Source: Eukaryota sp. TZLM1-RC (taxonomy: Eukaryota; Protista; Metamonada: BaSk clade). From it: a DNA stretch of 64,000 nucleotides. The stretch is from NCBI GenBank assembly GCA_040285825.1, contig JAUPSS010000007.1:892501-956500 (forward strand), written 5' to 3'. Numbering within the stretch: the first letter of the stretch is position 1; every line of letters begins with the position of its first letter. The translations under genes and the position numbers were made by a program. This document shows, piece by piece, positions 35,272 to 46,590 of the stretch. Under the pieces are notes generated by a model. That model saw only the letters and a list, made by a program, of their open reading frames with translations. It was not told the origin of the DNA and ran no database searches.

Positions 35272-37011
35272 ATGTCCTCTGATGATGATTACTACTCCGA
35301 TGAAGAGCTAGCTATTGCTGAGATCGATGATATCTTCCGGGGCCATTCTGATTCTGATGACTCTGATGACCATGTCTCCTTCGCTCCTTCAACAGCACAA
35401 CTAGGCTCAGACTTCACCCTCAAAGATCTTCTCAAACCTATAGAATCTTCCTCTAAAGCAGCCACATCATCCCTCAAGAAAAACCTCCTTTCTGCCGTCT
35501 CCTCTGCCGAACCTCTTCCTCTCTCTCGTACTGCCAAGGACAGAATAGAACGCCAAGAAGCATACAAACAGGCCACATCCTCTGTTTCCCAATGGCAGGA
35601 CACAGTCAAACGGAATCGTTCGGCACCATCTGTCTCTTTTCCTCTCAATGCTACCCCTGTTCCTCGTCCCACTCTCCATAACCTCACTGCCGAGGATAAT
35701 GAGGAAGACGATTATGGCGATGTACTCGGAGTGGATGTGAATGATGCTGATGATAAAGCAAAGTTAAAGTCACTGTTACACCACGCAAGTGTAAAAGCCA
35801 AGCACCGAAAAAAGATCAAGTCTAAGAAGTATAGGTCATTATTGAAAAAAGAAAAGCAACGACAGGATGCCCTTGAAGCTGATGATCCCGAAACAATGGA
35901 AAGAGAACGAGCAAAGGAACGTCTAACTTTGCGTCATAAGAACCATTCTGCTTTCATTAAGAGAAAGGTGCGCAGAGGGGAAGCAAAACATGAAGATGTG
36001 AATGAGGCTTTCCAAATAGGACAAGAGTTGAGACAAAAAGTGCAAGGTGAGCAGAGTGAAGAAGAGAGTGAGTATAGTAGTGATGGGGAGAATGAAGAGG
36101 AAGAGGAAGAGGGAAAGGGTGTCTTTGGTATGAAGTTTATGCAGAGGGCGATGGAAAAGGCTCAGAAAGATGGTCAGAAAGATGGAGAAAAGGAAAGTGA
36201 TTTTGAACTGAGTGATAGTGATGACAGTCAAGATGACGTGGACTCAGAAACTGCAGAGGCAGTTGTCGATAGTGATGAGGATGATGATAGCGAAAAAGAA
36301 GTCGATGATGACGATGTCGATGTGAAGGACCAAAATGGTGACGTGATGAACATGAAAAAATTTGACTTTAAGGTACCAAAAGTGGAAGACAGTAGTAAAG
36401 ATGCAGGTCAAAAATTGAGGAAGGGATCAGAAAAACCGGTCAAAAAGAAGAAGAATGCGCAAGACGATGACGTTTCACTTCAATCAATTCAATCACTTGT
36501 CGATGATGACGTTTCCAGTTCAGATGATGATCAAAAAACTGCCATTCAATCAATTCTAGCTGAAAATTCCAATGAAAAAGACTTTAGCGACCTAAAGTCA
36601 ACGTTGGTCAAAGAAGAACATCACGTGGACCTTCCAGAAGCAGTACCTGGATGGGGTGATTGGGGTGGCGAAGGTATTAAGACTAAATTGAATAAGAAGC
36701 AGCAAGACGTGAGGAAAAGGCTAAAGAAGCAACAGAAGCATGATATGGACAAACGAAGAGATGCTGGTAAGGCTAGGGTTATTATAAGGGAAAAGCCCGA
36801 AAAAATAGGTCAAAAATACACGGTCAAGCAGATTCCACACGAATTCAAGAAAAAGCAAGACTACGAAAGGGTACTTCAAAGGCCTATTTCCCATGATTTT
36901 GTTCCAATCAGCCAGCATGAAAGACTAATTAAACCAAAGGTAGTTGTGGGCAGAGGAAGGGTGATTCAGCCGATAAAAAGGACTCAATCCATGAATAGGA
37001 GGTTTGGTTAA
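35272..37011 (+). CDS. UTP14: U3 snoRNP/SSU processome protein UTP14
   Basis: RIERQEAY, KKIKSKKYR, RAKERLTLRHKN, GVFGMKFMQRA, PGWGDWGG, G.VI.PI. Confidence 0.92.
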   Translation: MSSDDDYYSDEELAIAEIDDIFRGHSDSDDSDDHVSFAPSTAQLGSDFTLKDLLKPIESSSKAATSSLKKNLLSAVSSAEPLPLSRTAKDRIERQEAYKQATSSVSQWQDTVKRNRSAPSVSFPLNATPVPRPTLHNLTAEDNEEDDYGDVLGVDVNDADDKAKLKSLLHHASVKAKHRKKIKSKKYRSLLKKEKQRQDALEADDPETMERERAKERLTLRHKNHSAFIKRKVRRGEAKHEDVNEAFQIGQELRQKVQGEQSEEESEYSSDGENEEEEEEGKGVFGMKFMQRAMEKAQKDGQKDGEKESDFELSDSDDSQDDVDSETAEAVVDSDEDDDSEKEVDDDDVDVKDQNGDVMNMKKFDFKVPKVEDSSKDAGQKLRKGSEKPVKKKKNAQDDDVSLQSIQSLVDDDVSSSDDDQKTAIQSILAENSNEKDFSDLKSTLVKEEHHVDLPEAVPGWGDWGGEGIKTKLNKKQQDVRKRLKKQQKHDMDKRRDAGKARVIIREKPEKIGQKYTVKQIPHEFKKKQDYERVLQRPISHDFVPISQHERLIKPKVVVGRGRVIQPIKRTQSMNRRFG

Positions 37012-37199
37012 TGGAATTTGTGATGTCGTCTAGTTTTTAGTCTTTTGATTTTTTTGTAGCTTGGATTTAGAATTTTTAATTTCATCTGTTTTTGCCATTT
37101 TTATACATAATTATTCAGTTTTAGTTTCTATTTTCTTGTGTCTGCCAACCTAGAATTTTTGAATTTGACAATTAAAAATGAATAATTAGTTGATTTTTA

Positions 37200-37385
37200 T
37201 ACTATAATTTCCTCCAAACAAGCGTCACTATTACTAAACCTACTCACAGCATTACGTTCATACACCAGAAGCTAAAAGTGCCTTTGAAATCATTGTTGGA
37301 ATAAACTTGAAAATGCAAAAAACAATTCTATTTAACCAGAAAGTGGAATTCATTGTTTTACCAGACCTATTCAGTACCTTTTTTT
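37200..37385 (-). mobile_element. Family C RLE 3' fragment
   Basis: Matches 28721-28915. Confidence 0.8.
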
Positions 37386-38109
37386 TAATCTTTTATTCCT
37401 TTTTTTTGTTTTTTTGAAGATTTTTTCTTTTATTTAATTTATGGTATGCCTTCCAGAGGGCATGTAATTATAATGTGGATAAGATGCGTTTTTCCTGATA
37501 TGAAATACATTATGGTGAACTCACAACAATTATTAACAATGTTGAATTCATTTAAAAAACATCTAGTGGAAGATATTTTATTGTGTTAGTAGAATTTTAG
37601 AGTGACGAACATTGTTAAGTCAGATTACACTAAATTATTAAACTTGGCAATAATGAACAATGCGGACATCGATGAACAAGATAAATATGATCCCTATATA
37701 ATGGTAATTTTGAATTTTGGAAAGAATAGTATTTGGGTAATTTCTAATTCTTTGAACTATTTCACCATCAAAAGAATTCTCAATTAATTTCTAAAACATT
37801 AGTAGATGAGCATACCTGCTCTACTATACCTAGGAAGCATTGATAATCAACAGCAAGTACAATAGGAATTTAAAAAGTAATTTTTGGAAATTATTTTTAT
37901 TGTGATTATTCGACAACTAATTTGCAAACCAATTGCTCATTGAATTACTAAATAGATATTTCGTTGATCACAACCAGACAATCTTATTTAAAATTAAAAT
38001 TAAAATAAAGAGAATTTTGCATGCAAAAAATGCTTACAGTAACCTCAGTTCAAAGCCATTTTTCACTAAACAAAAAAATTACAAATTACACGTCTTATTT
38101 ACAAAAAAA

Positions 38110-39479
38110 CTACGCCTTACTGTTAATAAATTCAAGAATAGCATCATCATTAACGAACTTTGCACGCTGTCCATCACTACCAGACTCCTTTTCAAAATCA
38201 TCAACCATTTTCCAATCGTCCACAGTGGTAGGCTTAATCTTTCTTTCTGCCAACAGACCATCAATATCAAATACACCCCTTGTCTCAACCATACCATTTT
38301 CAATATCAGACAACAATGTCTGAACAGTTTCCACGGCACATTTCTTATTAGAAAGAACAACAGATAGGACCTGCTTGGCCCACCCAGTGCAATAAACACC
38401 GTTTTCAATACGACCCTTTTCATTAGCAATTCGACCAGTTTTGGAGTTCAAGGGTATTCCTGGCATACGCTCAACTTCAAACCCAGTAGCATTGACTATA
38501 CCAAGTTGTTCTGGCTCGCTAATGGTGAAAGACTTTGAGGAAGGTACAACTTTACCATTGACGATATCATTCTCAACACATTTAAGTCCACTTGGGCCAG
38601 GGTTAGGGGCAGGGCTAGGGTTAGTAGAGTGATCATTGAGAAGGATTTCAGCAGGAGACGTGAAGAATTTGAATGTTAATGTTCGTTCTGCATCACCATT
38701 ACTCCATGCAACCAACTTCTTGAACAGATCCAACTTCCTTTGCTGTGACGAATCCAGCTCGCCATAGTCTCGGTGAAGGACATCAGAATCAATGTGGATC
38801 TTTGCATCAAGATGTTTCATTTCATCTAATTCTTTGTACGTACACGAAGCAGTGGTAGGGCCTCTTCGCGCCAGTATAGTGACCTTTCGAATACGACTGG
38901 AGCTTAAAGCATCAATGGCCACTTGAGGCATCTCTGAATCAGATCTCAGCTGCTCGGGGGTTTTCAGCAGAACACGGGCTACATCAAGACTGACATTACC
39001 AATGCCAACGACAACCACATGGGTAGAGTTCAGCAGAGGTGCAATGGACGCCGGCTCACTGCCTCCATTCCAGGCGGATATAGCTCTCAATGAGTGGAAA
39101 ACGGTACTTGGTGACTCATTAGGGATGTTCAAAGGTCTCGAGCGAGGAGAACCAGTGGCCAGGACAACAGCTGAGTAAGCAGTTTTAAGTTCTGAGAGCT
39201 TTATGTCATATAGAGCATTGACGTTGCCAAAGAATCTTACACGAGGGTTTTCCAATATCTTCTGAAGCTTCTTTGTGACGTTTTTGACTTGTAGGTGGTC
39301 CGGAGCTACTCCTTTTCTTAGTAGTCCAAATGGGACAGGAGACCGTTCAAAAATGTGTACTTGAGCACTAGGAAGTTGTTTGAGCAGATACTCAGTAAAA
39401 TACAGAGATGCAGGACCTGCTCCAAGTACTATTATGAAACATGAGAAATTTACATACTAGCAATGTTAAAAACTGACAT
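38110..39479 (-). CDS. NADPH:adrenodoxin/ferredoxin reductase-like flavoprotein (FDXR/Arh1/FprA family), one 29-nt intron (39429-39457)
   Basis: Spliced start MSVFNIAILGAGPA; FERSPVPFGLLR.GVAPDH, FFGNV, GIGNVSLDVAR, RRGP, TGWAK. Confidence 0.88.
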
Positions 39480-39719
39480 GGGAATCTATAGGTCAAAATT
39501 CATAATCACAATTTAACTTTCCGGTCACGTTGCAAACGTCATTTGCACGTTTTCGTGCACATTTTTGTTTATGTTTATTTGTTGTTTCAAACTCAATGTC
39601 TGCAATGGTCCTGAGTTACTGTTTCCACATAGACAAGACCTCTTGCGGCTGCATCATATTCGGTTTTTCTTATACAGCTAAGTAAAGGGTGTTACTGTTG
39701 GAATTCAGCTGGTGTCAAA

Positions 39720-42069
39720 TAGGCCCCAGCATCAGACTCGGCGAGTCCGCGCTCAGCCGACTAAACTTGATTTTAGTCTGAGTCAAACTCCTATCTATGT
39801 GAGTGCGAGTCTAGTCGAACTCAACTTGTTGGAGTCTGAGTGTAGTCGAACTAATAAACATAGAATATTGAGTCTGTTACGAGTTTCACACACTCACTTA
39901 TTGTTTATAATTACATCCTTTTTCTATAATTCTTTCTTAAATGACAGTAAACCAAACTCCTCCTACCAAGAGGATTCGCGAGGAAGTTAATAACGTAAGT
40001 GACTCCGAACTTCCTGTTGTCCTCTCCCCTCTTTCTGGATATCAACGATGGAATGGCTATCGTCTTTTTTCCGAACAAAATGGTAAGCGTCACTGTCTTC
40101 TGTGCCCTGGAATGTCAACCAGTTTTTCAGTTTCGACTTCTCAAACAGTACTGAAACGACACCTTGAAAAGGAACATCCCAACTGGACTAGTTCCATAAG
40201 GCAGCAGCAACCCACTTTAAAACTTTCATCGTTCACTCCACTTCCCGCAACAGTCTTGTCTTACGCAGAAGTTGAAACTGGCCGCAAGCTTTTGATCAAG
40301 ATGTTCATTCAGTCTGGCGCACCGTACTCGTTGGCGGACAACCCACATTTTCGTAACTTAATGAATTTCTATAATGAGAATACGGTGATAATGTCTTCAT
40401 GGTCCATTTCTTGTTCCATTCGCAATGCTTTTTCCGAAATGCGTCCATCAATGCTGCAGAGGTTAGGTCAAAATAGACATTCCTATTCTTTGACGCTAGA
40501 TTTATGGACTTCAAGAGCTAAGCGCCCTTATCTTGGTATAACTGCCCATTTTGTTAGTGATGATTTCAACTTGTCATCTCTAACACTGGACGTTGTTAGA
40601 ATTCCGCACCCACATTCAGCCGAAATAATTCTTGCTTTTGTACAAGATGCTTTAAGGGATATCAACAGTGAAAACATAATATCCATTACTTTTGATGAAA
40701 GTTCTGAGAACTCTGATAATGCTGAATTGCTCGCCATTACATCTGACAATGCTGCCAATGTCAGAAAGGCTTTGAAACTTTTCACAGAAAAGCAACCAAA
40801 GCTGTTTCACAAGAAATGTATGGCCCATATTTTGAATTTGGTTGTAAAAAAGGGTCTTGTGGTGGTTGATGGTCTTTTGTCGAAGATTCACAACTTTGTT
40901 AGACAATGCCATGTTTCTAGCAAGCTCTACCAGTTACTGTGGGAAGAACTACAAGAACAAGGTCTTCAAAAAGAAGACAATCCCTCTTGATACGGCAATT
41001 AGGTGGAACAGCACCTACTTGATGGTGAATACTTACATGAAGATTAAATCGGCTGTTACCAAACTATTGGTTGAAGAGGGAATGACGGCTCTCATAGTCA
41101 CCGAAGAAGAAGAACTGAAGATTGAAGCTATTCTTAATCTTCTTGCACCTTTTTACGAATGTACAGTTTACCTTTCAGCTGCATTGCATCCTACCTGTGG
41201 TTTAGTGCTTATGCTAATAGACGGTCTGTATGCGCATCTCTATTCTTATCAAAACGAAGCGCAGATTATCCAAGAAGCAGCTTCTTTGATGCTAGGAAAG
41301 CTGGAGCAGTATTTAGAAGAACTTTACGACTTCCCTGCCTTTGTTTCGTCAATTCTTGATCCCCGTGTACGTCGTTTTGAAGGGCTTCATTTACGATTTC
41401 CTGACGATTTCTCTAGAAAATTGCAAGATCTTATCAATGTAAACTATGAGTCAATAGTCCCATCAGTGGCAAATAGACAGCTTACCTTCTTGGAATCCTT
41501 TCTCAGAAGATCACACGCAGAAGGTGATGAACTTTCCACTTTTCTATCCGAAGCTCCGGTTGACCTTTCGGTGAATCCACTACAATGGTGGAATGACAAC
41601 AAACGTCGATTTCCTGTACTTTCTCAAATAGCAGCTGATTTCTTGGCTATCCAGCCAACTTCTGTACCCTGTGAACGGCTTTTTTCTCTAGCAGGGGATA
41701 TGGTTTCCGAGAAAAGATGCTGTTTGGCTGATGATTCCGTTCGTGCGGTTTTGTGCTTACGGTCATGGCTTGACAATGGATTTGATTTGATTTAATAATA
41801 AAGATGAGTGTTTTGTTCATATACAATTGCAACATCACAATAAGTTTATCCTAAAACATAGACCTTGTTGTTTATATTTCATCCAAGGTGCTCTAAACGA
41901 AAAAAATTCACTCAGACTCATTAGTCGATTCAAGCTCGAGTCGAGTTTGAGTGTGACTCACCAGAAAGGAGTCGGAGTCGAGTTGAACTCAGTCTATCCG
42001 AGTCGAGCTTGAGTACGACTCGAAAATGTTGAGTCGAGTCTGAGCGTGTTAGTCAAATGCTGGGGCCTA
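39720..42069 (+). mobile_element. Full-length hAT DNA transposon (2350 bp)
   Basis: TIR taggccccagcat (13 bp perfect, 17/19 extended); 8-bp TSD gtgtcaaa (39712-39719, 42070-42077); GACTC/GAGTC subterminal repeats. Confidence 0.96.
39941..41795 (+). pseudogene. hAT transposase split by one +1 frameshift near 40970
   Basis: BED finger (CLLC..HL..H), DLWTS, TSDNAAN, CMAHILNL / RWNSTYLM, LDPR, WW..FP.L..A..TSVPCERLFS. Confidence 0.9.
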
Positions 42070-42197
42070 GTGTCAAAGCCAACATATCGATGATTCTTTG
42101 CGATACAATCTAACACGATGACATCGAGTTGAAAGTTATGTTTACAATATTTAGTCAAAACTAACTTCTGAGAATTTTGAATTTAAGAAATTCTGAA

Positions 42198-42710
42198 TAG
42201 TTTTGGTTCTGATGATAGAGGTGATCTATACTGTGATTGGTTTAACTCTGAAGCTGTTGTTGACTTTGTCTCATGTAATGTTGCAAATGACATTTTGGTT
42301 CACAGAAGAAAACTTAATCCTGTAAGTGCTCTTGATTTTAAAGCAAAAGAAAAACATAGAAAATATGATAAAGATATTGAAGTGTCTAATGCTGATAGAA
42401 ACACACCACTTGTTTTTATTGCTTTCCCATTTTCGATAAATGGAAGATTATCAAATGAAGCAGAAACTATGTTGAATGACTTCCAAATAATGGTTCAAGA
42501 AAAAACAATGAAAAGATTTGATATATTTTATGGCGTTCACGGATTCAATTTGCCATTATTAATAGATTACCACGGTTTTTGAATCGAATAAGAGAAGCTT
42601 TAGCTAGACAGCAAGCAGATCAAGATTTTGTAGTGGAAATCTTGGTTCGATGATAGTCGTCCCCATTAGTTATGAGTTAATTTAATTAAGTGTGCATGTT
42701 CAATAAATAT
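42198..42710 (+). mobile_element. Family B RLE 3' fragment
   Basis: FGSDDRGD..HRRKLNPV..EALARQQ + 3' UTR. Confidence 0.85.
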
Positions 42711-42719
42711 TTTCCGAAA

Positions 42720-43400
42720 TTGGATTGGATTCTTCACTAGCAAGCAATAAATATCCATTTCCCCGAGCGCACAAAAAGTCCGTAAAAAGACTTGGGCTAC
42801 TGATATCTACCATTTTCTTTACCAAGACCATCACTATTTTATCCACCAAATCACATCTATGTTCGAAAGGATATGGACCACCTACATATTTGGCTTAACC
42901 AGAAATTTACCTCAATAACGAATCTCTAAAATAACCACTACATATGTTTCTCGATAACAAAGGTTGAAATTGTTTCAAGTTCAGAACCTATCTATACTAA
43001 AAGATTATTTAGTTCCTCAGTTATTCCAGGAACATTCCCAAGCCAGCAGCCTAGAAAAGGGCATCAAAGGAATAGTATAAAAAAGCAATTTTGACACTCT
43101 CGATTGATACTCTCTTTAATTTTTCCAATCAGGAGACATTTCACCGAATTCAACAAAAGACCAATATTTCTGTAAAAAATTGAAGCTTCAGGAACAAACT
43201 GATTCAAAACCAATATTTGGCCAACTTAACGATTCTATTAAAATCATTCATGAGAAAAACTTTTTCATCTTTTGCTTGAATTTACATTATTTTCCGTAGT
43301 CCAATCATCACTGACAATGATTGTGATTTGAGTAGTTACAGTAATTCTTGAACCTCCCTCTGGTAATACACAGAAGTTGTCCCAAAGTTTTCCATCACAG
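42720..43400 (-). mobile_element. Highly decayed RT remnant of an RLE-type element
   Basis: PFLGCWLGNVP..IEKH resembles family A IIGCWLGYIP..IEKH. Confidence 0.5.
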
Positions 43401-43616
43401 TTGCACAAAATTACTAACTAATAACACATCATAATTCAACGTAGGTCAACAACGGGAAATTCGTTTGATGACTCTGCTTCACAAAACTGCACCTCGATAG
43501 AGCATACATGGTTATGTCAAAAGAAGAAAATGAGAACTTATTGGGTCAGTGAAAATGGATAATATGTGCAATTTAGGCATTTTCAGATGAAATACACAAA
43601 ATTGTACACAATCTCA

Positions 43617-46034
43617 ATGCTGCATCACCAAACAGCCAATTATTACCTCAACTTATACAAAACAGCCCTATCAACACCGCCCGATGAGTCAATACAAGCT
43701 TTCCGCACCATCAGAAACAGTCTTGTAGGTTCTCGTGCCCTCAAAGAACTCTTTCTTTCTCAACCGTACATACTAGAGTCTCTGATCACTGATTTCATTG
43801 ACCATACACCCCAAGGCCAATCCCTCATACTTGATTGTCTATGTACTCTGGTCTCTACATTCCCCTCACAATGCACTGCATGTACTCCACTCCTCATACA
43901 GATCATCTCATCCTCCTCCCAACCCTCGCCCATCGTTCTACGTGCTTTGAAAGCCCTTTCTGCTGTCGTTTCAGCTTCACCCTCCCTTGATACCTCTTCC
44001 CTCGTTCCAAATGTTCTATCCTTTCTATCTTCTTCCTGTCCTTCCACCATCAAAACTGCTTCCTCTTTCCTCCTTAAACTTGATCCCGATGTTCTCTTTG
44101 CTAATGCCGGTGTCATTACTGAACAAATTGGGCATGTTTTTTCTCACAGCAATGTCAATCATTTCGCCTTTGAATCACTCCTGAGTATTCTCCATATCTT
44201 GGCCAAAACAGATTCCACATCAGCTGAGTTGGTTTCAAATCTTAAGATTCAAAACAAGTCTTTGATCAAATACTTGTTATTACAAACCTCTAAATCACGC
44301 AAATCCCCCCTTTCCTCTCTGACCCACATCTCCCTTTTGTCTTCACTTCACCCTACCCCTAAGATGGATGTAGATGAAGAGGGTCATAGTTTAGGTGAAT
44401 ATGTTGTTTATCACCACTTTGAGTCTAAACCTTTTTGCTCTGTTTTGGAGGGTGGTGATGAAGAATTGTTGCTGCGGCATTGTTTGTCGACTATCTGGAA
44501 TTGTTTAAAGAAATTAGTTGAAACTAAGGAAGATCTTAACGTGATTTCCTCAGTTTTGGGTTGTTTTGCAGATTTAATTTCTACATCAAAATCACTACAA
44601 TTACGGTTATTAAATTCTAATGGCATTGAAGCTGTAATTCTCATTATTGAGCAGATTATTCAATTATTGCACCAGTTTAACAACACCAATTGTACTTTTA
44701 TCCCTTTTAATACAGTTTTAAATACACTAAGAATAATTACTATTCTGTTGAACGATAGTGATGATTTGAGAATGATTGTGTTTACATCTGGAATTATCAA
44801 GGATTTTCTATTTTCATTTTTGCTAAATCAAAAACCTGAGAAGCCGATCGATCGGCTGTGTATTTCTTTTGCATGTCTTGCACTCCGCAATTGGGCACGG
44901 TATCCCCCGGCTGTTTTGCAACATACACCTACATTGGAGGAGTTGTCCTCTCTTATACCATTAATTACATTCACGGACACGCTTATCTCAATACAAGCGT
45001 CGTCTGCCTTTGCAAATATCTCTACAACATATGATAAGACAAAGAATGTGGTCAACAAGGAATTGATTGGTTGTTTGGTCTCTCGGGTGCATTCTGGCTC
45101 CCCCCGTGAAGCTTCCATAGCCTGCAACGTTCTCGTAGCATTGTGTCGTGACGGAGATGAACAGTTCTTTAGCACGGTGCTCACTGAGCTTGGAGACTCT
45201 CGACATCCATCCCTTATGACCATTCTCCAGGGCTCGCTCAAGCTTGAAGCACTAGCCTTGGTGAGGAATCTGGCTTGGTCTGTACCCAACATTACTCACC
45301 ATCTGCTTTCTCTTTTTGGTGATCCATCCCCCATCAATCCTCTCCTTGCCTTTCTGGTTGAGACTGTTTCGTGTGCCTGCTCTTCCTCCGTGGAACCTTA
45401 TGCTATCAGATGTGCTACCAAGTCCATCTATGCATTATCCAACATTTCCTGCCCAAGTGATGATCTAAAATCTCTTGTTGTCACCATTCCCAATTTCGTT
45501 TGCTCCCTCGTCACCCTCCTCTCTACTCACTACCATGACTCTCAACTCTTGGATTCAATCATCCTTTACTTACGTACATGCCTGGAGATGGATGTTGTTG
45601 AGCCGATCGGTCCTGATACAAATCTCCCACTTGTGAAGGAACGATGTCAGTTGTTGGTTGAAGCCGGTCTTGTGAGTGTTTTAAATGACATTAGTACCAA
45701 GGTTTCGAATAGTGAAGTGCTATACAGGATTAGAGAAGTTTTAGGCAAGATACAACATTTCATTGGTTCTAATGCAAACTCTTCTCCACCTATTTCACCT
45801 TTTGCTGAAATTCCACCACCTGAGGATCACTCTATTGACTTTGCACATGTTCCAGTTCCAGCACCCTTGGATGATCCACCACTAGGATCAGGCCTTCCGT
45901 TTGGTATGTTTGGAGGTCCTGACATGCCACAATACCAAGAACTTTCCTTTTCAGTGGTTGGTCCGCAGATGGAGGAAGACATTTCTGATCCAGAGGATGA
46001 GATGAGCGCGTCAGAATTTGATGAGATGGAATAA
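43617..46034 (+). CDS. ARM-repeat protein, probably ARMC8/GID5/Vid28-like
   Basis: IRNSLVGS..K near the N-terminus, ACLALRN, ASSAFANI, ALALVRNL, IYALSNI; acidic Pro-rich tail. Confidence 0.65.
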   Translation: MLHHQTANYYLNLYKTALSTPPDESIQAFRTIRNSLVGSRALKELFLSQPYILESLITDFIDHTPQGQSLILDCLCTLVSTFPSQCTACTPLLIQIISSSSQPSPIVLRALKALSAVVSASPSLDTSSLVPNVLSFLSSSCPSTIKTASSFLLKLDPDVLFANAGVITEQIGHVFSHSNVNHFAFESLLSILHILAKTDSTSAELVSNLKIQNKSLIKYLLLQTSKSRKSPLSSLTHISLLSSLHPTPKMDVDEEGHSLGEYVVYHHFESKPFCSVLEGGDEELLLRHCLSTIWNCLKKLVETKEDLNVISSVLGCFADLISTSKSLQLRLLNSNGIEAVILIIEQIIQLLHQFNNTNCTFIPFNTVLNTLRIITILLNDSDDLRMIVFTSGIIKDFLFSFLLNQKPEKPIDRLCISFACLALRNWARYPPAVLQHTPTLEELSSLIPLITFTDTLISIQASSAFANISTTYDKTKNVVNKELIGCLVSRVHSGSPREASIACNVLVALCRDGDEQFFSTVLTELGDSRHPSLMTILQGSLKLEALALVRNLAWSVPNITHHLLSLFGDPSPINPLLAFLVETVSCACSSSVEPYAIRCATKSIYALSNISCPSDDLKSLVVTIPNFVCSLVTLLSTHYHDSQLLDSIILYLRTCLEMDVVEPIGPDTNLPLVKERCQLLVEAGLVSVLNDISTKVSNSEVLYRIREVLGKIQHFIGSNANSSPPISPFAEIPPPEDHSIDFAHVPVPAPLDDPPLGSGLPFGMFGGPDMPQYQELSFSVVGPQMEEDISDPEDEMSASEFDEME

Positions 46035-46590
46035 ATGAAGTTTGTGTACATAATAAATGATTTTAGTGCTTTTTTGTTTGATTTTTTAAATAAATATATC
46101 TATTAAACAACACATGAATAATCCAGCTCTCCCAAAACAAAACAACTAGATGTAATTTCTTGAATTGATTGAGGGTTGTCCTATTTGATTTTAAACCTTC
46201 TGATTTTGATGCTTTGCATTTGCTATCAGATGCCAATGATCTGAGCAATATATAATTGGATAAGCTTTTGTTGACCTTTTTGTTGATGATCAAGATAATT
46301 TATGATTTGTCAAATCTCACAATGATACGGTGAATTGAAGCAACGTGAATTCCGAAGAGAAACCTGTTGTGTGGTGGCTTTATGTAACAAATTCTAGGTT
46401 TTCACCAATTCGGTTCGATGTGTTAGCTGATTCATATAATAAAATCTAATTATTAAAAACACGAGAGAACATATTCAACAGAGCCAGTGGAATGATGTTT
46501 AAGTTTATTGTTTTTCAATCAATTTGTGGTCTCGTTCACAAAATTCAAAAATGCCAAATTTTCAGTGTCATTTTTCTCCTTACCGAAAAC

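Noticed and set aside
35292-36918. Short antisense or overlapping ORFs within UTP14 and other genes
   Set aside because: Shadow frames of real coding sequence with no independent signal
11922-37011. Ribosome-biogenesis gene cluster (DBP4, XPO1, DBP9, UTP14)
   Set aside because: Interspersed with unrelated genes on both strands; compatible with chance
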